A stretch of DNA of 64,000 bases from an uncultured bacterium. GTDB taxonomy: Bacteria > Muiribacteriota > Ozemobacteria > Ozemobacterales > Ozemobacteraceae. Location of the stretch: positions 6,414-70,413 of the forward strand of contig CAZADH010000003.1 of the NCBI GenBank assembly GCA_964483805.1, in the 5' to 3' direction. Below, one piece after another: positions 18,407-27,481 of this stretch. The position numbers and the translations under genes are program-made. Below the pieces are notes generated by a model. That model made no database searches. It was not told where the DNA came from and saw nothing but the letters and a program-made list of their open reading frames with translations. The stretch's first letter is position 1. Each line of letters opens with the position of its first letter.

Positions 18407-19543
18407 ATGAAAGCACCAGCACACCCGAACTTGGCGGGCGTTGTTGTCTTCATCCTGTGGGTATCGGTCGCTCTTTTCGTGGTCGGATGCGCCACTCGGG
18501 ACAGCAACCCGTTGACGGTGACAACAGGTTCGACAATCAGCACACTGGCACCGACCACCGGCGCGAGAGTGCTACTGTCGGTTCGCCTCGACGGATTCGA
18601 TGGTCGCCCCAGCGTCGTTACGTCCAGCGGCTCAACACCACCAACCGTAACAGCAGTTCTCGTTACATTCGACTACGCCGCCGTTCCCCCTGCAATGACA
18701 ACCGTTGCCACGACTATGCCTGTGTCGATCGACGGCGTGGCCACAGCATCGTTCAGCAATCTGCCCATCAGACCTACGCTGGCCAGGGTCGTCGTGAACG
18801 GCGGGACGATCTCTACGTATTCGCGGTTTCGTGGTGGTGCCGACTTGGTGGCAGGTTCGAACGCCATCGTCGTGAACCCGGAGAGCAGTGCTTTTCAAGG
18901 GGATCTTGTAGGATATGCCCTCGAAAAGATCGTATCGAGTGCTGGCTATCTGACACAGGTGCGGACTGGCCTTGTCGCGGCAATTCGGGCAAGAACCTCG
19001 GTGCTGCAGGGGAGATCTCCAAGTTCGGCGTATTCGGATGTCGACGCGAACCTGCCGGTGATACTTGCGGCGTTGTCGAGCACAGGTATTGGGACAGGTT
19101 CTGGGACCGGGGTTGGAACGGGCACGGGTTCTGGATCGGGGACTGGAACCGGCACAGGGACCGGGGTCGCATTGACCGCTGATCAACTGCTCACCGCCCA
19201 ACTGATTGGCACGTGGAAAATGTCATACATTACATTCAGCCTGACTGGCCAACTGCGACAGGTCGTCCCCAATTCCCTGGGCCAGATTACGACGATCACC
19301 TTCAACGCAGATGGTTTGGGGATGAGCGTCGACTACTCCCGATACACCTCGACCCAAATGACCTATTACCAGACGAAGGAGACCACGGGTGTCGTCACAT
19401 ACGCTTCGTGGTTCATCTCGAACGGCAGGATGGTCTCGACGTCCAGCGAGGGAACCTTCACGAACTCAGTTGCTATTCAGGGAAACACGTTGACGCAAAC
19501 GTCGATGGATGGGGAAGTGGCGTTGTGGACGAGGGTTTCGTGA
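18407..19543 (+). CDS. Lipoprotein with a Gly-Thr/Ser repeat linker (hypothetical)
   Basis: Signal peptide with lipobox (FVVGC); internal GTGSGTGVGTGTGSGSGTGTGTGTG linker; GGAGG RBS. Confidence 0.6.
   Translation: MKAPAHPNLAGVVVFILWVSVALFVVGCATRDSNPLTVTTGSTISTLAPTTGARVLLSVRLDGFDGRPSVVTSSGSTPPTVTAVLVTFDYAAVPPAMTTVATTMPVSIDGVATASFSNLPIRPTLARVVVNGGTISTYSRFRGGADLVAGSNAIVVNPESSAFQGDLVGYALEKIVSSAGYLTQVRTGLVAAIRARTSVLQGRSPSSAYSDVDANLPVILAALSSTGIGTGSGTGVGTGTGSGSGTGTGTGTGVALTADQLLTAQLIGTWKMSYITFSLTGQLRQVVPNSLGQITTITFNADGLGMSVDYSRYTSTQMTYYQTKETTGVVTYASWFISNGRMVSTSSEGTFTNSVAIQGNTLTQTSMDGEVALWTRVS
19085..19180 (+). repeat. Tandem hexanucleotide (GGNACN)n repeat encoding the (GT/GS)n linker
   Basis: About 16 consecutive 6-nt units seen directly. 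Confidence 0.7.
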
Positions 19544-19604
19544 ACGGCCATATGCAATCGCATATCGCCCACGTCACCGCCGGCATCGCCAGAAAGGCCG
19601 GATC

Positions 19605-20486
19605 ATGACCTACCGCCGCCGCCCACCTCGATACAACCGTGACGACCATGAGGCCTTCGGACATACTGCCGAATGGGACCGCAGGGGCGCGAAGGCAATC
19701 CCGCCGCTGCATACCTGCAGATTCGAGACCGAGAACCACCATGCCTACATCAACATGCAGATCAGGCCGGAACACCGGAATCCTCAGTCGATGCAGAAGT
19801 TGTCGGCCGAGATCTTTCCTCTCACTGGCCACAAGCTCGTTTGCGTGCAAGAGATCGGCGAAGACACGATAGAACGCTGCCTATACCAGGCTCAAGACGC
19901 CAACGACCTGACGCCCGATGCCGGCGCCGAGTTTCGCCTACGGATCACCGTGAACTGTCGCGATGTGGTCAGCTTCATCATTCCACCGTCATACGGAGAC
20001 AAGATTGGGGCGAAGCATGCTCTGCTGGCTGTATTGCGAAAGTACTTCGTTGACTCGTTGGGGAAACCCATTGTCCGGGGCATTCCCGAGACGAGAGCCG
20101 ACACCGACCTCGGTAAAGAACAACGAAAAGAGCGGCATCACCGCAGGTATGAAACCCCGCACTCAGAAGCGCCGGGCTCCCCGATCGAGGAAATGCTGGC
20201 AGCCGAAATGACCCGGTGCGGCATTGTTTTCACGCCCCAACCACAGAGCTTGATCGACGAGAAGTTGTTCACCCGACCAGACTTCTTGGTCGAGGAGCTC
20301 AAATTGATCATCTACTGCGATGGGTTCGAGTTTCACGCTACCAAGGAACGCATCATCCGCGACAAACAGCAAGACAGGGTATTGCAGATCAATGGGTTCC
20401 GCGTGTTCCGGTTCTCGGGATCGGAGATCGTGGCCGATGTTAATCGGTGCGTACGGGATGTGCTGGAGTTGAAGACAAAGGGTTGA
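19605..20486 (+). CDS. DUF559 (Vsr-like endonuclease fold) domain protein
   Basis: C-terminal ...PDFLVEELKLIIYCDGFEFHATKERIIRDKQQDRVLQINGFRVFRFSGSEI... typical of DUF559; N-terminal ~190 aa unassigned. Confidence 0.55.
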   Translation: MTYRRRPPRYNRDDHEAFGHTAEWDRRGAKAIPPLHTCRFETENHHAYINMQIRPEHRNPQSMQKLSAEIFPLTGHKLVCVQEIGEDTIERCLYQAQDANDLTPDAGAEFRLRITVNCRDVVSFIIPPSYGDKIGAKHALLAVLRKYFVDSLGKPIVRGIPETRADTDLGKEQRKERHHRRYETPHSEAPGSPIEEMLAAEMTRCGIVFTPQPQSLIDEKLFTRPDFLVEELKLIIYCDGFEFHATKERIIRDKQQDRVLQINGFRVFRFSGSEIVADVNRCVRDVLELKTKG

Positions 20487-20574
20487 GACGGGATTACCGG
20501 TTGGTTTTAATGACAGGCAATCGAGATGATGGCCCACAAACCATGATGGGAAGCGCGAAACTCAACCTCGTTAA

Positions 20575-20613
20575 ACGAAACCGAGACCCAGAAAGTCTGC
20601 TCTGGGTCTCGGT
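20575..20613. terminator. Hairpin ccgagacccag-aaagtctgc-tctgggtctcgg with a T-run; shared terminator between the DUF559 gene and the tRNA cluster
   Basis: 11-bp perfect stem followed by tttcgg. Confidence 0.55.
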
Positions 20614-20637
20614 TTCGGACGGACTGACCGCCAACAG

Positions 20638-20709
20638 AGGCGACAATCGGATTTGAACCGATGAGTGACGGTTTTGCAGACCGTTGCCTTACCACTTGGC
20701 TATGTCGCC
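20638..20709 (-). tRNA. tRNA-Cys (GCA)
   Basis: Reverse complement folds as a cloverleaf with 7-bp acceptor stem, T-loop GGTTCAAATCC and anticodon loop CTGCAAA; no encoded CCA. Confidence 0.85.
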
Positions 20710-20723
20710 GAGCCATGAAAAAG

Positions 20724-20796
<73 letters not shown>

Positions 20797-20813
20797 ATTC
20801 AGACAACTAACAG

Positions 20814-20887
20814 CGGGGCTGACGAGACTCGAACTCGCGGCCTTCTGCGTGACAGGCAGACGTTCTAACCGACTGAACTACAGCCCC
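20814..20887 (-). tRNA. tRNA-Asp (GUC)
   Basis: Reverse complement: acceptor GGGGCTG/CAGCCCC, anticodon loop CTGTCAC. Confidence 0.85.
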
Positions 20888-20902
20888 AGGTGCTTCGTCA
20901 AG

Positions 20903-20974
20903 TGGGCGATGACGGGATCGAACCGCCGACAGCCTGCGTGTAAGGCAGGTGCTCTGCCACTGAGCTAACCGCCC
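20903..20974 (-). tRNA. tRNA-Val (UAC)
   Basis: Reverse complement: acceptor GGGCGGT/ATCGCCC, anticodon loop CTTACAC. Confidence 0.85.
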
Positions 20975-21155
20975 TTGACTGGATGAGATGATATCGTACC
21001 CACCAGCGGAAGTCAAGCGGTGAAACGCAATGGATCCGCACCGGCCTCGCCGATCAACGCAATGCCGCTGGCAATCAAGATTTACAGAGAGGCAACGGCT
21101 CCGCGATCGGTGCCACCCGACGAAACGAGGGTCAACACACACGACCCTTCAGGAC

Positions 21156-21617
21156 TCAGAACGAAACGACCTTCTGCACCTTATTGATGGCTTCGAGAAA
21201 ATCGAAGTTGTTGGCGAGGCGGCCAACCCGCAACTTCGCCTTCATCTTGAACACCTCGAGCGCGTGGGCTGACACGAGAATACGTACCCCGGCCTTTTCG
21301 ATCTGGTTGAGAATCGGCAGGTACCGACTGCCCTCGACGCAGATGCGCACCGCACGATTCCAGAAAATCAGGTATTTCGGGATGATTTCGCTTTCGGAAA
21401 GCGTTACCAGCAAATGGCGAAAGGAGCGTCGCCCCAGCTTGTCATGGTGCCCCAACCACGGCGCGGTAAACACCATCGCATAATTGGAGATATTGGCGGA
21501 CGCAGTCCACACCCGCTTTTCGAAGAGCACGTCTTCGAAGTAGTTGTGATTCAGTTCGTTGATGGGTGACAGATGGTGTTCTCGCGGCGCTGCAGAATTC
21601 TCGACATTATATTGCAT
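21156..21617 (-). CDS. DsrE/DsrF-like family protein
   Basis: C-terminal GVRILVSAHALEVFKM...ANNFDFLEAINKVQKVVSF resembles the DsrE/DsrF fold; start taken at ATG 21617. Confidence 0.4.
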   Translation of the reverse strand: MQYNVENSAAPREHHLSPINELNHNYFEDVLFEKRVWTASANISNYAMVFTAPWLGHHDKLGRRSFRHLLVTLSESEIIPKYLIFWNRAVRICVEGSRYLPILNQIEKAGVRILVSAHALEVFKMKAKLRVGRLANNFDFLEAINKVQKVVSF

Positions 21618-21839
21618 GCCTTCACCGCTCGCAAGCACCAGACAACGCCACCCGCAGGTGGATCGTGCCGTTTGCCCCCTCATAAAGATGCTTGACTCAC
21701 CCTGGCGCCTATGCTATGGTTTCACACTAATTGTGCCTTGTCCGCTCTAGATCAGCGTTGTACCCGATCGAGATGATGGAGAAGAGCTCAACAAGCGGTC
21801 AGATTCAACGATCGTGACACGAAAGGAGATCGTCGCCAA

Positions 21840-22610
21840 ATGTTCTCTCGAAAGTCCGTAGCCGTCATCATGGGGGTTTTGTTCCTTCTGTCGATCAGTT
21901 TTGCTGCCATGGCCCAGGAAAAGGTCCTGTTGCAGTACGCTCCCAAGCCCGGTACCACCGCCAAATACAAGCTGGCCATCAATGGTGTCACCACCGTGAC
22001 CGCCATGGACCGCGCCCAGAAGACCGACCTCGAGACCGCGATGACCCTCGAGCAGAAGGTTACCGGCGTTGATCCCGAGGGCAAGCTCGACATCACCACC
22101 ACCATCCTCGACGGTACCATCACCGTTAACAAGGTCCCGACCCAGTTGCCGGCGACCGGCCAGGTGATCAAGGTCAAGATGGCCAAGAATGGCGAAGTCC
22201 TCAGCTCCGAGGGTGCCGATCAGTCGACCAACTTCCAGCAGATGCAGATCAAGTTCCCCGAGAAGCCGGTGGGCGTCGGTGACAGTTGGTCGACCACGAT
22301 CAACCCGAATCCCCAACTGCCGATCCCGCTCGAAGTCAAGTACACCATTCAGGGCTTCGAGACCGTCGACGGCAAAGAGTGCGTGAAGCTGCAGAGCCGC
22401 GTTACCACCAATCAGGGTGACCAGGGCAGCATCAACCTCAATGTCGAGGCCGATGGCAAGATCTGGTTCGCGTACAAAGAAGGCATCATGGTCAAGAACG
22501 AAGTCGTGTCGAACATGGTTATGGTCATGACGAACGACCTCGGCGGCGGCAAGAAAGAAAAGATCGACACCCGCATGAACCTGACCATGCGCATGGGGTT
22601 GGCGAAGTAA
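21840..22610 (+). CDS. Hypothetical secreted protein
   Basis: 256 aa with a clear signal peptide (MFSRKSVAVIMGVLFLLSISFAAMA); beta-rich, lower-GC codon usage; the long antisense ORF 21747..22757 judged a shadow. Confidence 0.6.
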   Translation: MFSRKSVAVIMGVLFLLSISFAAMAQEKVLLQYAPKPGTTAKYKLAINGVTTVTAMDRAQKTDLETAMTLEQKVTGVDPEGKLDITTTILDGTITVNKVPTQLPATGQVIKVKMAKNGEVLSSEGADQSTNFQQMQIKFPEKPVGVGDSWSTTINPNPQLPIPLEVKYTIQGFETVDGKECVKLQSRVTTNQGDQGSINLNVEADGKIWFAYKEGIMVKNEVVSNMVMVMTNDLGGGKKEKIDTRMNLTMRMGLAK

Positions 22611-22620
22611 TTCCGGTTTT

Positions 22621-22649
22621 CTTGACACCCCCCCGGGTCCCGTACTTAT
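22621..22649 (+). promoter_or_regulatory. Near-consensus sigma70 promoter (TTGACA-N19-TATAAT)
   Basis: Exact consensus hexamers; followed by a ~270-nt leader containing a hairpin (22785..22813) before the ATG at 22919. Confidence 0.5.
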
Positions 22650-22918
22650 AATGGGGTCAATAAATCCAAAGGCTCCTTGAAAAACATAACGGGACCCGCT
22701 TAGAAAGCCAAGTTGCATAATCGGCTCGTACACTGGTGCAGAGACGACGAGCAACACGGCGAGCAGTAGTAACGAATGGAAGCTGGGCCCCCACTTTGCC
22801 CGAGGTGGGGGCCTTCTTCATACCCGAAGCCCAACCCAAGGTAGCGTTCCCAAGGAGGTGCGTTCGGCTCGTTCAGTTCTCAACTCATCAGTCGTCTGTT
22901 TCAAAGGAGGAATGGAAT

Positions 22919-23857
22919 ATGAGGTTGAATCGCAAGTTCATGAAGGCAGTGGCGACAACCTTGAGCGTCCTGATGCTCCTGGTCAGCCCGGCGTTCTTCC
23001 CCAGCAAAGCTGAAGCCGGTCTGTTCACGAAGATCAAGGACACTGTCAAGGCTCATCCGGTTCGGTCGGCTCTTGCGGCCGTGGCCGTTGGTGCAGGTGC
23101 GTATCTTGCTGCCCCTCACGTCGCTGCAATGATCGGTGTCGCGGGTGGTGCTATTTCGACGGGTGGTATCGGTGCTGCCGTTAGCGGTATCGGCGCTGGT
23201 ATTGCCGGAATCGGTTCCACCATCTGGGGCGGTCTGGTTGCCGCCGGCGGTTTCGTCACTGGTACCCTGGGTGCCATCGGTGGCGCGATCGGTTCGATGT
23301 TCTCGGGGATCGCCGGGTTCTTCACCGGTATCATCGGCAGCCCGTTGTTTGTGCCGGCCCTTGTGATCATCGGCGCCGCGGTGATTGGTTACTTCCTGTG
23401 GAAGAAGTACAAACGCCAGAACCAGTCCATCAGCAATGGTAGTGGCCTGCCGACCGTCGGCCAGACCCCGAACGTTGGTATCCCCGGCGAAATCGTGGTC
23501 AATCCCGATGTCATCCCGACCACCAACGAAGTGCCGCCGAGCTCGACCAATCCGGCCACCACTGAGATTCCGGTGGGCGCGAACGTTCAGGCTCCGAGCA
23601 CCACGGCCAACACGGGTGCAGGCACTGTGACCGCTGCTCCGGTTGAAGCTGGTGATGCGTTGAAGACCGCGCACAGCGATTATATCGCGGCCTACAACAA
23701 GTACATCAGCACGATTACCGCCATCGGTGGTTCCGAGAATCCCGATGAAGAGCTGCGCAACAATATGCGGAAGGACGAGAGCCAGAAAGCTCTGACCGAC
23801 TACCGCGAAGCCTACAATCGCTACATCACCTTGCTCCGCCAGAGCAACTCGAAGTAG
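22919..23857 (+). CDS. Glycine-zipper membrane protein (hypothetical)
   Basis: AGGAGG RBS; signal peptide; ~110-aa Gly/Ala/Ile-rich segment (GVAGGAISTGGIGAAVSGIGAGIAGIG...) followed by a TM helix and a Pro/Thr-rich tail. Confidence 0.6.
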   Translation: MRLNRKFMKAVATTLSVLMLLVSPAFFPSKAEAGLFTKIKDTVKAHPVRSALAAVAVGAGAYLAAPHVAAMIGVAGGAISTGGIGAAVSGIGAGIAGIGSTIWGGLVAAGGFVTGTLGAIGGAIGSMFSGIAGFFTGIIGSPLFVPALVIIGAAVIGYFLWKKYKRQNQSISNGSGLPTVGQTPNVGIPGEIVVNPDVIPTTNEVPPSSTNPATTEIPVGANVQAPSTTANTGAGTVTAAPVEAGDALKTAHSDYIAAYNKYISTITAIGGSENPDEELRNNMRKDESQKALTDYREAYNRYITLLRQSNSK

Positions 23858-23867
23858 CTCATACGAA

Positions 23868-23904
23868 ACCCCCGAACCGGTGCCCGCCGGTTCGGGGGTT
23901 TTCT
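23868..23904 (+). terminator. Rho-independent terminator aaacccccgaaccgg-tgcc-cgccggttcgggggtttt
   Basis: Perfect stem followed by a T6 run after the 22919..23857 gene. Confidence 0.75.
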
Positions 23905-23908
23905 TTTT

Positions 23909-24835
23909 TCACCGGGTGGTCTCGGCGATGAAGCCGTGCCACTCGGCCTCGACCGTCTCCCGCGGGTTCCGCCAGCCATGCCCACCGCTCAATGCGGCGC
24001 GCACGGCATCGGCATTGGCGTTGTTCACCCCGGCAAACACCCCGATGCTCCCCGGTTTCACCATGGTGGCCATGCGGGCGAAGTTGTCGAGCAGTATTGA
24101 CGATGTAATGTTGGCCACGAGCCCGTCGGCAGGCACAGTCGGGACGTAGTTCTCGAGTCCACCGTGGACGACGCGCAGCCCCGCCTCCACATGGTTGAAC
24201 GCGGCATTCTTGCGCAGGTTCTCGATGGCCGGACCATCGATCTCGAGGGCCTCGACCGCTGCCGCGCCACGCAAAAGCAGGTAGATGGCCAAAATGCCGG
24301 ACCCCGCCCCGAGATCGAGCCAGTTTCTTCCACGCGGATCGATCTGCTCGAGCCAGTGGAGACACAACCGCGTGCTCTCGTGGGTGCCGGTGCCGAAGGC
24401 CATGCCCGGCTCGATGATGAGCCGCATGGCGGCCCCCGTGGACCCGTCTGGCCGCGGTGGATCGAACTGCGCGTCCGCCGTCGGCGGCGCGATCAGGATG
24501 CGCGGGCTGACCCAGAACGGCTTGAAGTTCTCGCGGTACCGCCGCATCCAGTCTTCATTGTCGGCGTAATCGCGCACCTGCGGCACCAACCCCGGGCAAC
24601 CGAGATCAGCGGCCACACGCTGTACCTCGGCGGCAATCGCGGCGGAGTCCTGTTCGATCGAACTAACCAGAAACGAGAAGACCGTGAACCCGGTCGACCG
24701 ATAAGACTCCTCGTCGCCGCCTTCGACATCGACGATCTGCGGCGAGGCAAACCAATTGAGGCCCAAGCGATCGGCGAGGCCGGCGAGGGGTTCCTCGAGA
24801 TGCTCGGGGATGGTGAAATCGAGTTGGCGCAGCAT
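23909..24835 (-). CDS. prmA: Ribosomal protein L11 methyltransferase
   Basis: GTGTHESTRLCLHWLE and LDLGAGSGILAI motifs typical of PrmA. Confidence 0.85.
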   Translation of the reverse strand: MLRQLDFTIPEHLEEPLAGLADRLGLNWFASPQIVDVEGGDEESYRSTGFTVFSFLVSSIEQDSAAIAAEVQRVAADLGCPGLVPQVRDYADNEDWMRRYRENFKPFWVSPRILIAPPTADAQFDPPRPDGSTGAAMRLIIEPGMAFGTGTHESTRLCLHWLEQIDPRGRNWLDLGAGSGILAIYLLLRGAAAVEALEIDGPAIENLRKNAAFNHVEAGLRVVHGGLENYVPTVPADGLVANITSSILLDNFARMATMVKPGSIGVFAGVNNANADAVRAALSGGHGWRNPRETVEAEWHGFIAETTR

Positions 24836-24839
24836 CCGA

Positions 24840-25655
24840 TCAGCCTTTCTGTCCCGCGATGGTCACCCGACAGAACCGTTCATGAAACGACCGGGTCACA
24901 GTGACCAGTTTGGGATCGAGCAGTTCGTAGACCTTGGCAGCAACATCGCTGGGAACGCCACCGAAATAGGCCTCAGCAATGCTTCCGGCAATACACCCCT
25001 GGGTGTCGGCATCACCCCCGAGCGATACGGCCTTGCGCACCGATTCCTCGTAACTGTCGGCTTCGAGAAAACAGAGAATCGCTTCGGGCACCGAGCCCTG
25101 GCACGACACGTCGAAGCGGTAGTTCAAGCGCACGCCGGCAACGCTGCGTTTCAAGTTGTAGGCGAATGTATTGATGATGTATTGCCTGATCTCATCTTTG
25201 GGCGTTGCGCGACGCGCGAGAAAGATGGCCGCCGCCGTGGCCTGCGCGCCCTTGATACCTTCCGGGTGGTTGTGCGTCACCTCGGCGCTCTTCTTCGCTT
25301 CCGCCAGCACCCGGTCGAGATCGTTGTGGAACCAGGCCACCGGACTGACCCGCATCGCCGACCCATTGCCAAAGCTGTGGTAGGGACCGGCATCGTTCGA
25401 CCGCGCCCAGGTTTCGAACTTGCCGGCAAACCCGGCATACGGAAACGCGCGATAATACTCGCGGTAGACCTCGGCGTAACCCCGTCCGTTCAGCAACGCG
25501 TCGGCCGTGGCGACTGTCAATACACTGTCATCGGTGAAACACGAATGTCGTGAAAACAGCGGAAAGTTTTCGTCTTTCTGGGCGTGGCGCTCATAGGGCG
25601 AACCGATCATGTCTCCGGCAATGGCACCGAGCATATAACCTCCCTGGGTCAGCAA
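24840..25655 (-). CDS. ADP-ribosylglycohydrolase family protein (DraG-like)
   Basis: GDMIGSPYE ... FTDDS ... GNGSAMR ... GGDADTQGCIAGSIAEAY motifs of the ADP-ribosylhydrolase family. Confidence 0.75.
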   Translation of the reverse strand: MLTQGGYMLGAIAGDMIGSPYERHAQKDENFPLFSRHSCFTDDSVLTVATADALLNGRGYAEVYREYYRAFPYAGFAGKFETWARSNDAGPYHSFGNGSAMRVSPVAWFHNDLDRVLAEAKKSAEVTHNHPEGIKGAQATAAAIFLARRATPKDEIRQYIINTFAYNLKRSVAGVRLNYRFDVSCQGSVPEAILCFLEADSYEESVRKAVSLGGDADTQGCIAGSIAEAYFGGVPSDVAAKVYELLDPKLVTVTRSFHERFCRVTIAGQKG

Positions 25656-25719
25656 TCACACCGTGTGGACACACGGCGGCGTTCCGGCATTTCCGTCGAG
25701 ACATGGGGCAAACCACGCA

Positions 25720-27276
25720 TCACTTCGCCCCGATCCCGATTTCGGCGACGTCGAGCAGGCGCCGATCACGCTCGGCAAGATAGTTGCGCAGAATGAACGC
25801 GAGATCGGGTTTCACCAGCGCGTCGAACACCACTCTGCCGTCGCGCAACACCTGCACGGGCCGCTCGAGGTCGACCATCTCGGGGTGGATGCGGATCCGG
25901 CATTTGCCCAGGCACGACCCATCGATGGTGAAACGGTTGCCGCACCGCACGACGCGCGCCGCAGCAGATGGAGCTTCGCGTTTGAACACGTAGTACAACT
26001 TCGGCGGCGGCAGGCGACCCGGCAACTCGATCGTCGCGCTCGCACGCTGTACTTTCAGCGGGAAAACGTCGCCACGCTTGACCGTCGCCTTGATCTTGTC
26101 GAGCTCGTCGGCATCCTTCACCGGGCGTCCGGCCGCGGCAATCAGCAGGTCTCCCGTCTGCAGACCAATAGACGCTCCGTAACCGTCGGCCATCACCTTG
26201 CCGACCCCGACCCCTGCAGAAGCGGGCTCGGGAACAAAGCCGATCGAGACCCGATCGTCGATCAGCGTGGCATTGAAATCCTGGTGCCAGGCGGCGGGAG
26301 TCGCCATGACAATTTCGTCGATGACGAACCAGCGGCAGCGCCCGAACTTCGGGTCGCCGGCTTCCCAGTAAAGCTGGGCCGGAAACGGATCGCGCGGATG
26401 GCGGGTCAGGAAGTTTGCAATACGCGGTATTTCTGTCGGTGCGTAGTCGAATTTGTGTTCGCCCGGCAACTCGCGACAGGTCAGGGCACCACCAGCCCGA
26501 CGCGCCATCTCGAGAACCGGCCCCATCTGGGCCGTCGGATACAGCGAATCACGATCGGTGGTAACCGCATAGACCGGGGTCATCGCCAGATTCGGCGCAT
26601 AGGTCGGCAGATTGCCGTCGAGACTGCCGACACCGAGGTGCCCGTTCAAAGCGACGATGGCCGCAAAATCAGACGGTGCGACCATCCCATGCAAAAAGCC
26701 GGCCGAGGCACCATCGGAGAACCCCGCCAGCCAGACGCGGTCGTCATCGACGTTGCAGCGGCTCTTCACCATGCGGATCTGCCGCCGGATGTTATCCATG
26801 CCGACGTCGTCCCACCAGGTGGCCCCGGCCTGACCGAACGGGAACAGCACCAACCACCCGTGTTTTCTCGCCGGTTCGATCCACTCGGATTTGCGCGCCT
26901 GCTCGAGTGGATCGGTCTTCAGTTCCTTGCGGGATACGCCACCGTGCAAGACCACGAGCAGCGGCGATGGCCGACCGGACTCGTAAGCGGGCGGCACATA
27001 CAGGACGTATGGTCGTTCGATCCCGTCCTTACCGGTTAACGAGGCGATCACGCAGTCGTCTTTGCTCGGCAGCGGTTCAAACCGCCCCCGCTCCAGACGA
27101 GAAACCACAGCCCGCCAGTCAGGGGATGCCTGCAATACGATGTGCAGATCGGCCTCGGCCGATGCGGGATCCACCTGGGCGATCATGCGATCGAGCGCGG
27201 TCTCCCAGTCTGCCGCCGCGATGGGCAACGAGACAGACACCATGAGCAGGACAAGAGCAAGCGTGCGTCGAAGCAT
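25720..27276 (-). CDS. Secreted alpha/beta hydrolase (esterase / PHB-depolymerase-like) with a PDZ domain
   Basis: Signal peptide; LVVLHGG ... GFSDGA (GxSxG) motifs; a PDZ-like segment (GVGVGKVMADGYGASIGLQTGDLLIAAAGRPVKDADEL). Confidence 0.65.
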   Translation of the reverse strand: MLRRTLALVLLMVSVSLPIAAADWETALDRMIAQVDPASAEADLHIVLQASPDWRAVVSRLERGRFEPLPSKDDCVIASLTGKDGIERPYVLYVPPAYESGRPSPLLVVLHGGVSRKELKTDPLEQARKSEWIEPARKHGWLVLFPFGQAGATWWDDVGMDNIRRQIRMVKSRCNVDDDRVWLAGFSDGASAGFLHGMVAPSDFAAIVALNGHLGVGSLDGNLPTYAPNLAMTPVYAVTTDRDSLYPTAQMGPVLEMARRAGGALTCRELPGEHKFDYAPTEIPRIANFLTRHPRDPFPAQLYWEAGDPKFGRCRWFVIDEIVMATPAAWHQDFNATLIDDRVSIGFVPEPASAGVGVGKVMADGYGASIGLQTGDLLIAAAGRPVKDADELDKIKATVKRGDVFPLKVQRASATIELPGRLPPPKLYYVFKREAPSAAARVVRCGNRFTIDGSCLGKCRIRIHPEMVDLERPVQVLRDGRVVFDALVKPDLAFILRNYLAERDRRLLDVAEIGIGAK

Positions 27277-27481
27277 GACCGACCCCTTTGGCGGCGCGAA
27301 GCCGCGCTTTCAGACTGGTGTCGATTGTAAACGACAGCATGGGTAGCGCGCCAGTGCGCACGTTGCCTCGGATTGACGGGCACGGATGGTGGTACTACAA
27401 TGCACCTGACCTGATCGCACGAACGTTGCACGCCGAGGCGGGCGGCCCGGCCGGCACTGGATTCGCAGTCTGGAGGACAAC

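Noticed and set aside
19085-19180. CRISPR-like short repeats
   Set aside because: The only regular short repeats are hexanucleotide GGNACN units that encode a Gly-Thr/Ser linker inside a CDS; no repeat-spacer architecture anywhere in the window
4306-20709. Integrase, excisionase or transposase gene within the putative island
   Set aside because: Looked through all six frames across 4.3-20.7 kb and found no tyrosine- or serine-recombinase or DDE transposase signatures; the island is reported as a remnant rather than a mobile element
20807-21142. 111-aa ORF overlapping tRNA-Asp and tRNA-Val
   Set aside because: Overlaps two cloverleaf-forming tRNA genes on the same strand; Cys/Arg-rich translation
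22632-22687. Possible RNA hairpin (cgggtccc / gggacccg) in the leader of the glycine-zipper gene
   Set aside because: The upstream arm lies within the -35/-10 spacer of the consensus promoter and so would not be transcribed; more likely coincidental or a DNA-level operator
21747-22757. 336-aa minus-strand ORF antisense to the 21840..22610 secreted protein gene
   Set aside because: Low-complexity D/G/L-rich translation with no start-site support; the plus-strand ORF has a clean signal peptide
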